A stretch of DNA of 64,000 nt from NCBI GenBank assembly GCA_000165425.1, contig CT868196.1, forward strand, positions 372,001-436,000, given 5' to 3'. The stretch's first letter is position 1. Each line of letters starts with the position of its first letter. The notes under the pieces are model-generated. The model was not told where the DNA came from. It searched no databases and saw nothing but the letters and a program-made list of their open reading frames with translations. This DNA is from Paramecium tetraurelia. Lineage: Eukaryota. The translations under genes and the position numbers were made by a program. Positions 1-13,185 of this stretch are shown piece by piece.

Positions 1-795
1 TTCAAGGAAAGCTTAAGGGAATCTTCTTGATGAGAATGCTCTTCTAAAGATATTTGCTAATTCCTTATCTAAACCTCCAACTCCCAATTTATCAAAAGAA
101 AAGTCCTCTCTAAATATACTAGCTGTATGTGTTGAAGCATTCTTCATTTTTAGTTGGTTTACTCCTTGCCTAATACTGAATTCAAGTTCAGTTTCATCAA
201 CCAACATACCTCCTCCCATAAATTTGACTTGCTATGAATCTACTCCTACACTCAAAACATCAGTTCGAGTAACCTATGCTATAAATTAGATTAACGTACT
301 TTAAATAAGTAAGTGTTTCCTTCATATAAAAATAGCTGAATTTAACCTGCTCTGAAGAATTAGCCACTATATGCTCTTTTCAAGAATGGGGCTAAGTCTT
401 CAGAATTCATTTCAATTCTATCGAGACTTCCTTATTATTAGACTATGTCTAATTCAATATCAAGAACTCCCAATCTGTATTCCTTATCCTTTGGAAGTGC
501 AAACACTGCTGCTTCAATCTTGTCTGTGAATGACATTCTCAATAATTATCTTACATATTTGCTTCCTGCTATGGAATCATCTTTGTATCCATTTTCCTAA
601 CTTATCTAATTATTAACTTACTCCTTGCAATTAAAATACATAGCCATTAATCTGTATGAATAAATCTCCTTAAACATTATATTTTTGTTTTAATTAAGTA
701 AATGTATTCTTTGAAGTATAAAGGAACCCTGAGAATGCTTCCTCTGTTTTGTTTAGAGCAACTGGTAATAGTTAGAATGCTTTTGCTGAAATCAT
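1..795 (-). CDS. NSF: N-ethylmaleimide-sensitive factor (Sec18/NSF) AAA ATPase, 5' part; continues past window start
   Basis: ATG at 795 (MISAKAFQLLPVALNKTEEAFSGFLY, code 6). FDKLGVGGLDKELANIFRRAFSSRRFP is the NSF pre-D1 signature. Two short introns. Confidence 0.92.
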
Positions 796-910
796 TAATA
801 TAATTATTGTTATTCTTAATTTGGTTTGTTTAATATAATAAAAAGTGGCCAGGGTTGGTCAGAAATTTATATATTAAATTATTGATAATTATGTTGATGA
901 TATAATTAAA

Positions 911-2039
911 TCATTTCTTTTTAATCTATGATAATTTACCCCATCTTTATGCTAGCTTAACAAAGTTACCCATTTTCTAATTGAAATTATGAGATTATTA
1001 ATACTTTCATGGTTGCGCTTCCATAAAACTCCTTCATCTTATTTTAAATGTTAGGAATTGATTTAACTGTATTGTTCACTAACCAAGGATGTTTCAAAAT
1101 TTTTTCAGTTCCAAATCTTTTTGCTGGATCAACTGTTAATAGACCTTTAATGAGGTCTTTAGCTATTTGGATATATGTTAATCATTCTTACCTTCATTGG
1201 TGATGCTATCCCAATAAGGAGAGGGGAAGGAGAACTGCCCAGTTTTGATGATTTTGAAAAGCTTATCATTATCCTCATCATAAAATGGTGGAAATCCACA
1301 TAACCTATTGAATTAGATAATCTCTTACATAATATAGAGTATTACACCAACTGACCAAAAGTCAATAGCTTCTGAATATCCGTGTCCACACAGTATTTCA
1401 GGTGCCACGTATCCTGGTGTACCACATTGAGTCATCATGACTTCATCATTAGTTACAAATCGTGCCAGTCCAAAATCACTTACTTTCAATAAGGCGCCTG
1501 GTTCTTTGCTTGAAAATAAAAGATTTTCAGGTTTGAGATCTCTGTGAGCAATTCCCATTTTATGACAATAAGACAATGCATCTATGATTGGTCTCAGTGT
1601 GGCAGCAGCTTCTTTTTCACTAAAGTGATCTTTTTCCACTATTCTTTCAAAAAGCTTAGAATTTAAGCATAAATCCTTACTTCACCCCCAGTCATCAATT
1701 CCAAGACCATATAAAAATTGGTGTCATCTTCATAAATTTCATAGAGTTTGACTACATTTGGATGGTCAATCTAGAAGTAAGCATAATATTGTACTTAAGT
1801 CAAAATTTCCACTTCTGTTTGCAAAGCTTATAAGTCTTCATTTTATAAGTTGTCTCTAATTGTTAGTCACATCAACAAATACTTATTGATGATTTTCACA
1901 GCATACATATCTCCATTAGACTTCTTTTTTGCTCTCTTAACAACTCCAAAGGCACCTCTAATTTATTAAATACCATGGCTTACTCTCCTAAAGTCTTTTC
2001 AAAAGTATAAACTTTCGTAATATCTTCATGTCCTTACAT
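911..2039 (-). CDS. Ser/Thr protein kinase, CaMK1-like
   Basis: [43 protein letters not shown] at 2039, TGA at 911-913, several ~22-27 nt introns. Confidence 0.9.
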
Positions 2040-2219
2040 TTTTAAAAATATTTATGTTTATTTAAGCAAAAGATGTCATTATATTTATATATTTGATTGC
2101 TTTCAATAATAATTGATTTGATCGATAGCGTCATTTGATCTTGGTAAAACTAGATACAAATTGAATCAATCATATAATTGCACTATTTAAGTTACAAAAT
2201 AATATTATATATATATAAA

Positions 2220-3509
2220 ATGGATCAAAATGACAAGGAAATTGATGAGGAATAGTTTAAAAAGGAATTCGAAGAGAGGGTCGATAAACGTAAGTAATGG
2301 CTTTTGGAGGAGTTGAAGAGTTGTGGAAAGTTTTTAGATGTAAGTGCAAAGAAATTAGATGATCTAGATGCTTTGACTGTAATGATCTATTCAAATATTC
2401 AAAGATAGCACTCTATCTTCATGAATGTCAAACAGAATTAGCAGTCTTTCACATTGGAGCCAATTCAATAACTGACAGAGGATTTATTGACATGTTGACA
2501 GGTTTGCAATGGCATGACAAATTAAAGGAAATCTACATTGGGAATAATGAAATAACCGAAGTATCAAATGAATGATCCATATCCTTAGATTGGCATATAA
2601 GGATTGATTGAGATTTCAAGTTGCTTCAAATAATTGAAAATCTTGAGTATGAGTTCCTGTTCTATTGATGATGCCACCTTCATATAACTGTGTTATGCCT
2701 TGCCAGAATTAAAGAATCTATAGTAATTGCAATTGCCTGCAAATAATATATCAGATTATGGTAATGAGATGACTATTTTAATAGGATTGGTGTGCTTCTC
2801 CACATTGTTGGCAACAAATAGTCTACCAAATCTTACGGTTGTTCATTTTGGAAACAATCCATTGACTTCGAAGTCTCTGGTTCCATTCTTTTAGGCATTG
2901 AAGAAAAACAAGACAATTAAAATTCTCTATCTAAATGACATCGGAATGGAATTGGCTAGCATCAAATAATTGGCAGTTTGTCTGAAGAAAAACAAAACAC
3001 TCGAAGATTTAAATTTGGGGAACACAGGATTCTCAGATAGTGCTGCATCAGTGTTATGGCCTAGTCTGAAATACTTGAAGAAATTGCAATTGTGGAATAA
3101 TCATTTAACAGACAAGGCCATTGATGAATTCATAAATGTACTTGAGAGGGAGGACATCGGATTAACCTATGTTGGGTTGTAGGACAATGAAATTGAAGAA
3201 TTAGATTTGGTTGAGGATTTGAATGCCTTACTCAAGTAGAATGAACTCATTGACAAGTTGACAGAACAAATAGAACATAAGGAAGAGATGGAAGAACCGG
3301 ATGAAGACAAGCAAGTTAAGTAGATGATTGAACTTGCTAAATTAGAAGAAATTGAAGAGAAATTGGGGGAGTTAGAAAAGTTGAATGAGCCTTCAGAAGA
3401 GCAATAGGATGTGGTTAATGAATTACAGGGGAAATTGAAAACGTAGAAGTGGGCTGGAGAGATTGAAGATCCTGAAGATAAAACATTGAAACACTCGGTA
3501 ATGGAATGA
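2220..3509 (+). CDS. Leucine-rich repeat protein (RNI-like) with acidic coiled-coil tail
   Basis: Repeated LxxLxLxxNxI/L units (e.g. LEDLNLGNTGFSD, LKKLQLWNNHLTD). ATG 2220, TGA 3507-3509. Confidence 0.8.
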
Positions 3510-3537
3510 AAATTAAGATTTAAATATTTTTTAAATA

Positions 3538-4067
3538 ATGGTTATCAAGACAGATTTGTGCTCCTTTAGTGAATGGAGAATCTATCCCGGACATGGAAGA
3601 AGATTCGTTGCCAAAGATGGCAGACTCTTCTACTACTTGAATTAAAAGAGTAGAGCTTTTAGTGCAAGAAAAGTATTTGAATCCTCAATGTTTAGATTAA
3701 ATCACAAGAAATTCAATGGACTGTGGCTTGGAGAAGATTGAATAAGAAAATCAAGACAGACGAAGGAGCCAAGAAGAGAAGAATCAGAAATCTTAAAGTG
3801 CAAAGAGCCATTGTTGGTATTTCATTGGAAGAAATCAGAAGAAGAAGAAAGGAAGATGACAGTAATACATTTATCTAATGACTACTAGAAACCAGAAAGG
3901 CATAAGCTGAATAAGCAGCCAGAGAAATTAAGGACAGAAAGCAAAAGTAAATTGAAGCTTCAAAGAAGAAACCTGCTGCAGCTCAAAAAGTAGCATAAAA
4001 GGCAGAAGTCAAAGCTCAATAAAAAGCTCAAAAAGGTGCTGCTAAAACCAATAAAGGCAAAAAATGA
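3538..4067 (+). CDS. RPL24: 60S ribosomal protein L24 (eL24)
   Basis: MVIKTDLCSFSEWRIYPGHGRRFVAKDGR...WTVAWRRLNKK...VQRAIVGISLEEI. Introns 3673-3695 and 3862-3888. Confidence 0.95.
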
Positions 4068-4163
4068 TTTTACAATATAAAACGTATACAATATTCGGAT
4101 TATTCAGTTATTTTCTATGTTCACCCAATTATTTAATTTATTTACATATATAAAAATATTATT

Positions 4164-4735
4164 ATGGACCCTATATTTTACACTTTTCTAGGTATGGGAT
4201 TGGGATTCATGGGATCTTAAGTGGTTATGAATAACTTCTTCAAAAATAAGTAGAATAAGAATCCATAATAGAAATAAGCAACCAAGAAATTCTTGCCCTC
4301 TACTCCTGATATCAAAAAGGCATTTCAATAAAATTAAATCCCATTTCAAATCAAAAGACCAACAGAAGTGGAAGATCAAATCAGAAAAATAGTCAAAATC
4401 GAGCCATCACCAGCATAATTTGATTAAGATGACGAATTATTATAGGCCTAAGAGCAAGAACCCGATTAATCACATCAAACCAATCATTCAGACCATAATG
4501 CAATACCTCAGACTCCCAACTTTCAAAACAAAACCCAAGCATAACCAAATATTAAACTGTTTTGTGCAGCTGACTAAATGCAATAAATTGTCACAACCCC
4601 TATATTTTTAAAAACAAATAAATTTAGCGCCTCTTGTAAGTTTCTATAATAACTTAAGAAAAAAATCATCCTGAGACTACCTCATCAATCAGCCAATCTG
4701 AATAATAGGCAGGAAACAATCAAAAAGGTGAATGA
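4164..4735 (+). CDS. Hypothetical protein with N-terminal hydrophobic anchor and Q/P-rich body
   Basis: MDPIFYTFLGMGLGFMGSQVVM then a long code-6 ORF. One intron near 4636-4658, TGA 4733-4735. Confidence 0.6.
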
Positions 4736-4837
4736 GATAAATTTATATAATTTTATTATTGATTATTTTTGCAGTCTGATACTTAAATATTTATTGATGT
4801 TTATTATTTAATTGATTTAACTTCAATATAAAATTAA

Positions 4838-6026
4838 ATGATTCATCAAAATCTAGCCTTTGGTAATTTAATAACTTCTAATCAATTGGAAAGGCTTGTA
4901 AAACAACAGAAAATATTACTCAAATCTCCACAAGAGAAGAATGAAAAAAAAATAAAACCTAAGAAATTATTCCGATCAACGAGTTTCAAGACTGAACAAC
5001 ATGCATTATTATTGTCAACACCTAAAAATAGATCAACTAAGAGTCCTATGCTATTGAAACCACCAATTGAAAAGAATGCTCTAAAGAGACTCCCTTCTAA
5101 ACCTAATCCATTTGACACATTGGGCAAGAGCGAAAAATCAATTACCAGTACTCAAAGAAGAAGCAGTGCTCCATTTATGAAAATCGCCAGAAGATGGAGT
5201 TATTATGAAACTATGAGTGAAAAATAAAGACGTCTTAATAATAAGGCACCTAAAACTACCATAAAATAACACTATATAACTGCAGAAAAAGCTAAAAAGA
5301 AAAAGCTTAATCGATTAAGATGGCAATATAGTATATATTTATTTAAATACAGAATTCATAAGTAGACTACAAAAAAATAAACTTAAGAAGCTTCGAAGTA
5401 AAACACTCCCTTTGGCTCCATTCATTAGAATGAGACATACTAGAGCCAAAACAGTGGCTGAAGAATAACATCAAGGCCCTATATTAAATTTGGAAGAATC
5501 ATTAAAAAGAAAGATTGACATTCTTGTAATGTAGAGAAAGAGTGCAATGAGAAGACATACATGCTTTTAAATGCCTAAAAAAAGTGTATTAGTTTCTAAA
5601 GAAAAATTAATAAATTACTAAAAATAGATTTCTGAATACTTAGTCAAATCGCAATAAGAATCAGTTGAATTTTCTCCTGCTTTGGATTAAATTCGAGCAT
5701 ATCAAAAAAGAGTGAACTTTACTGATAGAAAACAATCCTTAAAAATAATCTAGCAAAAAAAGAAGAGCTTTGTATCAGAAATGATTAAAAAACAATCACA
5801 TAGTATCATCACGTCTTATATATCAAATAAGGCTGTAACTTTGAATTCAGAACATTAATCACTTTCATATACCCCATTAAATTAGTTGATTTAAAAAAAG
5901 TCACACACAATTCATGAAAAAATTGTAAATAATTAATCTTGGTCAGATAAAACTTTGATAAAAAGAAGACCAAATTTATTAATCAAATTATAACCTTATT
6001 TATCTAAATAAGTAGTTGTTAAATGA
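4838..6026 (+). CDS. Hypothetical basic low-complexity protein
   Basis: ORF-track fragment 4838-5227 continues through TAA=Gln. One intron near 5331-5352, TGA 6024-6026. Confidence 0.6.
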
Positions 6027-6452
6027 TGATATATTGATTTTATAATTAATTATATATTTTGACAACATTCATGCGAAACTTAGATCCTAACCTTAGGTTA
6101 GTTATTGAGGTGTCATTTCTAGTGGAGAAACAAATAGATTACTCAAAATTTATCCACATTAATAATTGTTTCATTCAGTATTAATTTAATTATAATATTG
6201 AAAAACGAATAATTATTGAAAATCAAATTTTGGAAAACTTAATTCAAACGAAAAATTATGGATTAGAAATGGAAGTTAGAAATTAATAAATTTATACAAT
6301 TGTGTAATAATACGACAATTATTAAAAACATAATATTTCATATAATAAATTGTCATAAAAGATGATATCAAATTAAATATTACTTGATATTATACAACTC
6401 AAATTCATAATTCAATAAGTTAGCACTTAATTATTATTTATAAATAATATAT

Positions 6453-7380
6453 ATGGGATCTTTTTTATCCCAACCTATAACCCAGAAATACCATGAATAT
6501 TAGTTTAGTGGCAATTTATCATGCTATACTACTGCCATGCAAGGTATATCACTAATATTGAACAATAGGATGGCGATTGTAAATGGAAGATGCTCATCTG
6601 ATGAAACCAAATTTTATTGAAAATATTTCTTTATTTGCTGTATTTGATGGACATGGTGGATCTGGGATTTCGTAGTTTTTGGCTGAAAATTTCATGAATG
6701 TATTGATCTCTTAACCTGCATTTGAAAAAATGGATTTTATGCAATCACTTCATGACACATTTTTGTAGCTGGACGATATGATTAAAAATAATGAAATCAA
6801 AAGTATATATTAATAATAAAACCCAAAGATACTTTTATAGGTTCTACTGCAGTCGTAGCTTTGATAGCAGATAAAATGCTTTATGTGGCCAACTTGGGAG
6901 ACTCTCGATGCCTCTTAATGAGAGATGACGAAACTATTGAACTCACTAAAGATCATCTTCCAAGCAATGAATTAGCACGAATTAGATATGCTGGAGGCTT
7001 TGTTGATGAATAAGGTCGTCTAAATGGTACCCTGTCTGTTTCCAGAGCTTTTGGTGATTTTGAATTCAAGTAGGAACCATTACCTGCTAATTAGTAAATG
7101 GTTATAGCAGAACCTGAAATCAGGAAAATTAAATTAAATAAAGATGATCGGTAACTTAATTTAATCTATATCATATAGTTTTCTCTTTTTGGGATGCGAT
7201 GGTGTATTCGAAACCTAAAACAGTTATAAAGTGATGGAGTTCATCTCCGCACATGTGGCTGAGAAACAAGAACCCTCCATTGTTTTGGAATAATTACTTG
7301 ATACTTCCTTAGCTGCTGACACTTCTACTGGATATGGTTGTGACAACATGACTGCTATGCTAATATTATTGAATTAATGA
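6453..7380 (+). CDS. Protein phosphatase 2C (PPM family), N-terminal MG myristoylation motif
   Basis: MGSFLSQP...AMQGWRLQMEDAH, VFDGHGG, GSTAVV, ANLGDSRC, LSVSRAFGDFEFK, LGCDGVFE, GCDNMTAML. Confidence 0.93.
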
Positions 7381-7583
7381 GTATAATCATTATCTTTAAT
7401 AACTTATTAATTTATCATCAAAACTCTTAAACCATTACAAACCTACTCCATTACCAATTTATTACTACTACTAAATAATATTATTAAGATATAAAAAGAA
7501 ATTAACAATTTAAAGTTGACAAAATAATTCAAGACCTATTTCATTTTATAATACTAGTGTCATAAAAGAATTTTAATAAAAAT

Positions 7584-8752
7584 ATGGTAAAGTGTTTATG
7601 GTGTCTAAAAGAGCTGGGCATTTTTGGAATGCTATTTCATAAAGCAGTCTGTCTTGAATATTTATACAGCAAATCCTTGGATAAATTACAATAGGCTAAA
7701 CAAACTCAGTTGATTACTAAGGAACAATATTTAATGAGAAGCGCAATCTAAGAGATTATTTAATGTCAAGATTTAAACCTAAAGTGTACGAGGCTTTTAT
7801 ATAAAGATAAAAAGAACAATAATATATTGTAATAAACCCAAATGAATTATCAATTGGTTTAGAATCTGACATAGAAGTGATTTCCAAAAAAGTATGCTAT
7901 GAAAGTTAGGAAAGTTGTTAAAATTCTGAATTCCTATAATCATTCCAAAATCAAATTGAACCCGATTATAATTCTATTGCAAACAATTGTTCAGGTAATT
8001 TAGAAATTTAGCCTATTATTATTTCTAATTAATTTGTCACCAATAAAAACAACAAAAATACAACCTAATCGATTGATATTAATCAAGAACATGAAATGAA
8101 TATCCATTAGTTAGAAATAAAAAATCTTGGAAATATTTGTTTAGCCGATTACAAAGAAAAGCCAATCAATTCGATTCCTCAATAAAATGATGTATTAAAA
8201 GAAAATATCTTATTTAAACTACTACAAAAAAGAGCAAAGCCCAAATCATAAAATGATTTTAATAAAAGTACTTCTAACAGTTCACAGATTTCATAAACAC
8301 AAACCAGATCAAAAAGTAGAAAAATAAAACAGGGCTCACAAATTTATAATGATAACAAAGAAAAAAACAGATCTACTTCATAGCAAGAAGAATTACCCAC
8401 AGAAATCAAATCAATGGGTATTAATATTTTTGAAAATAATAAAAAAAATCCCCCTAAATTTTAATAAAGTTAAGATAAAATTAACTCCAAAGTTAATTAA
8501 TAAATTGAAATATTATCTAAAAATGAATTAAATAACATTTAAGGTGCTAGCAAAGGTAAGATTCAAAAAACCTCTAAAGGTGATGTTTTTCCAAATACTA
8601 GGTTGAAGAATTAATAAATTGAATCCAAAGAAAAACATATTTAACAAGGAATAATCAAGACTAGATTGTAGGCTTCTTTAGATAACGTATAAAAACAGAT
8701 GGACACAAAGAATATATAAATAAGAGAGAAATAGAAAATAAAAAAGAGATGA
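7584..8752 (+). CDS. Hypothetical protein; possible N-terminal CxxC...H...C zinc knuckle, N/Q/K-rich remainder
   Basis: MVKCLWCLKELGIFGMLFHKAVCLE. A 23-nt intron (7784-7806) restores the frame. TGA 8750-8752. Confidence 0.55.
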
Positions 8753-8847
8753 ACTATTATTTTTTTTATTATTAACAATTGTCTAATCCAATAAATCTCA
8801 ACTAATGAGGATTTCTTTTTAATCTAATCTTTACATAAATTGATTAA

Positions 8848-9639
8848 TCATAAATTAAACTTTTCGTCACTCACTTAAAATAAATTATCAAATTCTGTGC
8901 TTCTTTTACTAGCTTATTATTGATCAAACGAATAATCTACATCAAGTAAATTAGCTTCACCTCTATAATAGAATTAACTGCTATGAATAGAATGATAATC
9001 AGTATGTTTTGAATTTTTACTTCTTTTTTAAATTGCTAATTAATAATGTTGTAACATATCAGCAACTTCCTGATCAAAATCTAACATTCTAAGAAGTTCC
9101 AATTCTAAAAATGGATGCTACAATTTTAAGGACATAAGTCTTTTAAGCTAAAATTAAAACTGATGTAATGAACTCAGATCTTCTTTAATTTCAGGAGTTT
9201 GAGTTTCATCATCTTATGTTTGTTGAGCCTATGGGGCAGGAACTTCCTCACAAATCTTGCGATTATCTTTTTCCAACACTTTTGATATAGTTTAAAATTC
9301 TTCCTAAATAATTGAATTTTTAATAGGTGTTTTATCTAGAATTGATTTGAGAAATTTTAGCATATTTAAAATTGTAGTAGCTTCTTTATTTGCTATTTTA
9401 AGGACATCTATTTTGAATGAAGCATCTAATTTTTGGCAATATAAGGCCACAAGATTTAAAGATTCCATTCTTTATACAATTGAAGAGCTTTTTTTAAATT
9501 AAGGAACTTCTATGTCTGGAAAGTATTTTCTCAATAAACATAAGAAATGTCTTCCATCAGAGAGGCTTTCAATATTGCTTGCTTTCATAGATGGACATTT
9601 TTCATTGACCCATCTCAAAAGTTCTAATCTTAGACTCAT
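8848..9639 (-). CDS. Calponin-homology (CH) domain protein, EB1/SPEF1-like N-terminus
   Basis: MSLRLELLRWVNEKCPSMKASNIESLSDGRHFLCLLRKYFP fits the CH pattern LLxWVN...LSDGxxFxxLL. Uninterrupted code-6 frame to TGA 8848-8850. Confidence 0.7.
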
Positions 9640-9867
9640 GGACTTCAAAATTTTAAGAAAATAAATAATTACAAAAGAGAACTATTTTTGAGTTCGATAG
9701 AAATATTGGGATTACTAATATTTAAAGCAGTTTTTCCATAATTCATTTAACATTAATAGTTAGATTTAAATCAACTAAACACCTCTTTTAAAAAGCACTT
9801 ATAAAATCAATCTTAAGAAAATGTTGAAATAATGTTAAAAAAACATAAAAATTATAATACTAATTAT

Positions 9868-11206
9868 TCATTTACGTTTTCTTGTTGGAGCTTTAATTGA
9901 TATATTAACTAAACAACAGACCAATTTAATCACATGATCAGAGTTATTAGCAAGTATTAATTATTATTTATGAAATGTCCTTCCGTCAATTTAATTTATA
10001 GGGAGTGTCTCCTATAATTAACTATCACAAAAGACCTACCCTGCATATCCCTTTTTAAATCTTACATGCTAAGATAAATTATTATATATTTACCAATTTA
10101 ACTTAATTATTCATTTTTATTGGTCCAATTAATACTAATGGATTTATCCACATTTCGAAAGATTAAAAATATTTTCCTTTTGCATTTTACATGGGTCTAA
10201 TCTTATCTATCCTCAAATCTCCTTCACATTTGTGAATATAACATCCTGGTAAGGATTGCAATAAATCTTAAAATTCCAAAGTTTGATATTTCTCGTACTT
10301 TTTAGCTTCCTTACGAAGTTGCATTCTAGCCCAACATTATTTTGTATTGAATATAGGTTGATCTATAGTTTATTATGGTCTAATATATTTAGTTTTCTCT
10401 TGATATAATTCAGTCTAAGTTGGTTGAGGAAGTGGTTATATTCTGTCTTATTTTTTTGTTTATCTCTATTTTCTTTTAGGTACTCTCACAAAGGATTTCT
10501 TTTTTCTACCAACCTTCTTGGGTCTAGTTTGTTTTGATTAAGTTTATTTAGTAGGATTAATTTCATTGGTAGATATACTTAATTGGTCATCATTTAAGAC
10601 ATTATCATCTTTTTCATTTTAATAAATGTCAGGATCAAGGATTTTTTATTTTTTATCACTTTAAAATAAGTATTTTTTCTCTTTTTCTAACTAATCCTCT
10701 TATTCATTTTTCTATTAATATCTTGAAATAATTGCTTCCATAAAAGACTTCTAACAATTGGGTGTTTTAGGTTGATCAGATATTGATTACCGCGTAACTT
10801 TTTAAATTGGAAATTCACAAATAATGGAACTCATATTTATCTTGAGTTTACTGTTTTTTGGTTAATCTTCATGCTTTTTGTCAACATACCAAGTGTGTCT
10901 CTTTTGTTTCTCTATTTTGTCATCAATTTCTTCCCTAATATCATTTGCACTAGCTCGTCTATTATTTTAAGGTTTGAGTGGTTATGGGACAGCAATTTAT
11001 AGGATTTTATCTATGTCCTATTCTAAAGAATGAGACAACCACGAGATGTCATTATTTTGTAGCCATTTGTTAGGATCGCTAAGAATTTCAAAAATTAATT
11101 TTTACTATGAAGAACAAGGCGATGGATACATAGAGCGATAGACTTTCTCTTTAAATTTATTATCAGAATCGTCTTATTTCACTTTTTTTCCAAAAGAAGG
11201 TCTCAT
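9868..11206 (-). CDS. Hypothetical protein with basic NLS-like stretches
   Basis: ATG 11206 (MRPSFGKKVKQDD), RPKKVGRKKKSFVRVPKRK, two introns near the 3' end, ends APTRKRK-TGA. Confidence 0.55.
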
Positions 11207-11283
11207 TTATGAATTTAAATTTAATTATTTTAACTTATTTCTTATAATAACAAATAGTCTTAGTTAAGTGCACATATACATGA

Positions 11284-13171
11284 TCATTTTTTGTATTTAT
11301 CAAAATCTAACACTTGCCTATTATATATGATATTTTATTTATGCAATTTATGCTCTAACTCCTTAATAATGTGTTATTTTCTCATCATTAATTGATCTAG
11401 TTTGTCTTATAGTTTTTCAATAGGACCTATCAGCTGTTTGCATAAGTTCTATTCTTTAATGGTATTTATTAATAATTATTTTGATTCTTGTTTATCATTA
11501 TTTAACTCTGATGCTTATTTAGTTATATTTTTCAAATTATAATTTAACAGAAATTAATTCATTTTATTTTTCTACAAGTTCTTTTTCCTTGACTTTTGTT
11601 AATAATTCTTATTCAAATTTTGTCTTGTCTAATTTCTAGTTAAGTATAAACAGTTCTTCATCCTTCTCCTTCTTTTTTTCATTTAGCTCATGCATTTTCC
11701 TAGAAATCATGATTCGCTCTTATTCAAACTAGCCCAAATTTTAGATAATTCTTATTTGAATTTTGGGATTATTTGAGTTTGTTAATATTTAATATTCAAA
11801 TTAAAGATTTTTTAAATTTCTTAATGTTGTTTGTAGTTAATCAATATTTAATCCATAAGTAATCTTCTCAATTTCCTTATTTTTCATAAGCAACGTCTTC
11901 AATTCTTTTAAATCTTCAATTCTATTTTGATTGATTTCTAAATGTTTAAGATTGGAATAATATAATCTCTTCAAGATGTCATTTACATTCTATCTTAAAT
12001 CGCAATCATTGAGTTTTATGTGAGTTAATCTCTACATATACAATCCTAATATTATAGCATGTTCCCCTACTTTATTACCACTAAGATCTATCTACCCTCA
12101 ACCCCTTATTCTCTTTTAAACCCTCACTTATCTATGAGAATTCAGCAATTTAACAATAACTCAGATTCAATTTTTAGAGCCAATTATTTTGTGATAATAG
12201 TTTGAATAGACAACTAACCGATCCTCCAAAGTTATTCTTTGACAAAATCAAAGATTCCAAGTATTTATGATTCACAATTCGATCTACTAATCTACTTAAA
12301 CCATGTGATGTAATTTGACATTCACTTAGATTAAGCACTTGTATATTCCAATGACTGATTTTTTCATTTATCCCTTCAATCCCAGAGTCTTTAAGTTCAT
12401 TCTCTTACAAATTTAGACATAAGGATGAACATATAGTATTAGTATTTTTTAATGAATTGAATCCTTGATTGTAACTTACGAAATCTCCTGATATGATCTC
12501 TGAGAATGTTGAGTAGAGATTCAAAAATTGAATATTGCCATGCTAATCCACTAATTGTTAAAGAGCCTTGCTTCCAACACTGCTTAATCGATTTCCAGAC
12601 AAATTCAAGGAGACAAGAGTGTAGATCGGTTTCAAGTAGGGTAGGGCATCGCGAAATCCTTTGGGAGTTATACACTATATGGTTTGTGAGTTTAAGTTAC
12701 TGATTTGCTAATATCCAAATGGATGATGCATCTATTGTAGAAAAGATTAGTAGTGAGAATTCTGAAACCCTCGTCTCCAAATTAATTGTTCCCTAAGCAT
12801 ACATTTAGGTATTTCTCGTCATTTTTTAACTAAGATCCAATCACCTTCGCTGCATTCAGTTTCAAATGCATAGATTCTAATTGCAAGAAATCAACTCCAA
12901 AGTGTCGTTCTATGTTTTCAATGGTGATTTTGTCAAGTTCATTGTCCTAACCACGAGCCTCCAAAAGCAGATCGACAAATCTATCCCTTTTATTCATGGG
13001 ACAGGTGAATCTGATTCTTGTGGCAGTTAATGACAACAATTCGCTTTTCGAAGATTTGTATTTGTTTGGAGTGTTTCTCCTTTGAAACGAAGCATAATAA
13101 GAAGAGAAGGAGGAATCACCTAAGGCTTAATCCAAATTAGACCAGATTGATTTAAAAGTATCTCTATGCAT
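11284..13171 (-). CDS. LRR (RNI-like) plus C-terminal coiled-coil protein
   Basis: LNLQENELKDSG, IQVLNLSECQITSHG, LESLILSKNNFGG, LQKLNLSYCQI, then a heptad-rich tail. TGA 11284-11286. Confidence 0.7.
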
Positions 13172-13185
13172 TATTAAATTATTTT

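Noticed and set aside
6061..6130. Short inverted repeats (CTAACC-TTA-GGTTAG) and an upstream TGATGA, suggesting a snoRNA
   Set aside because: The stem is only 6 bp, no convincing box D or ACA partner is present, and the TGATGA overlaps a stop codon.
9868..10200. Possible CENP-C-like cupin C-terminus
   Set aside because: Resemblance is faint and no CENP-C motif (RxxRxxxxPLxYW) was found.
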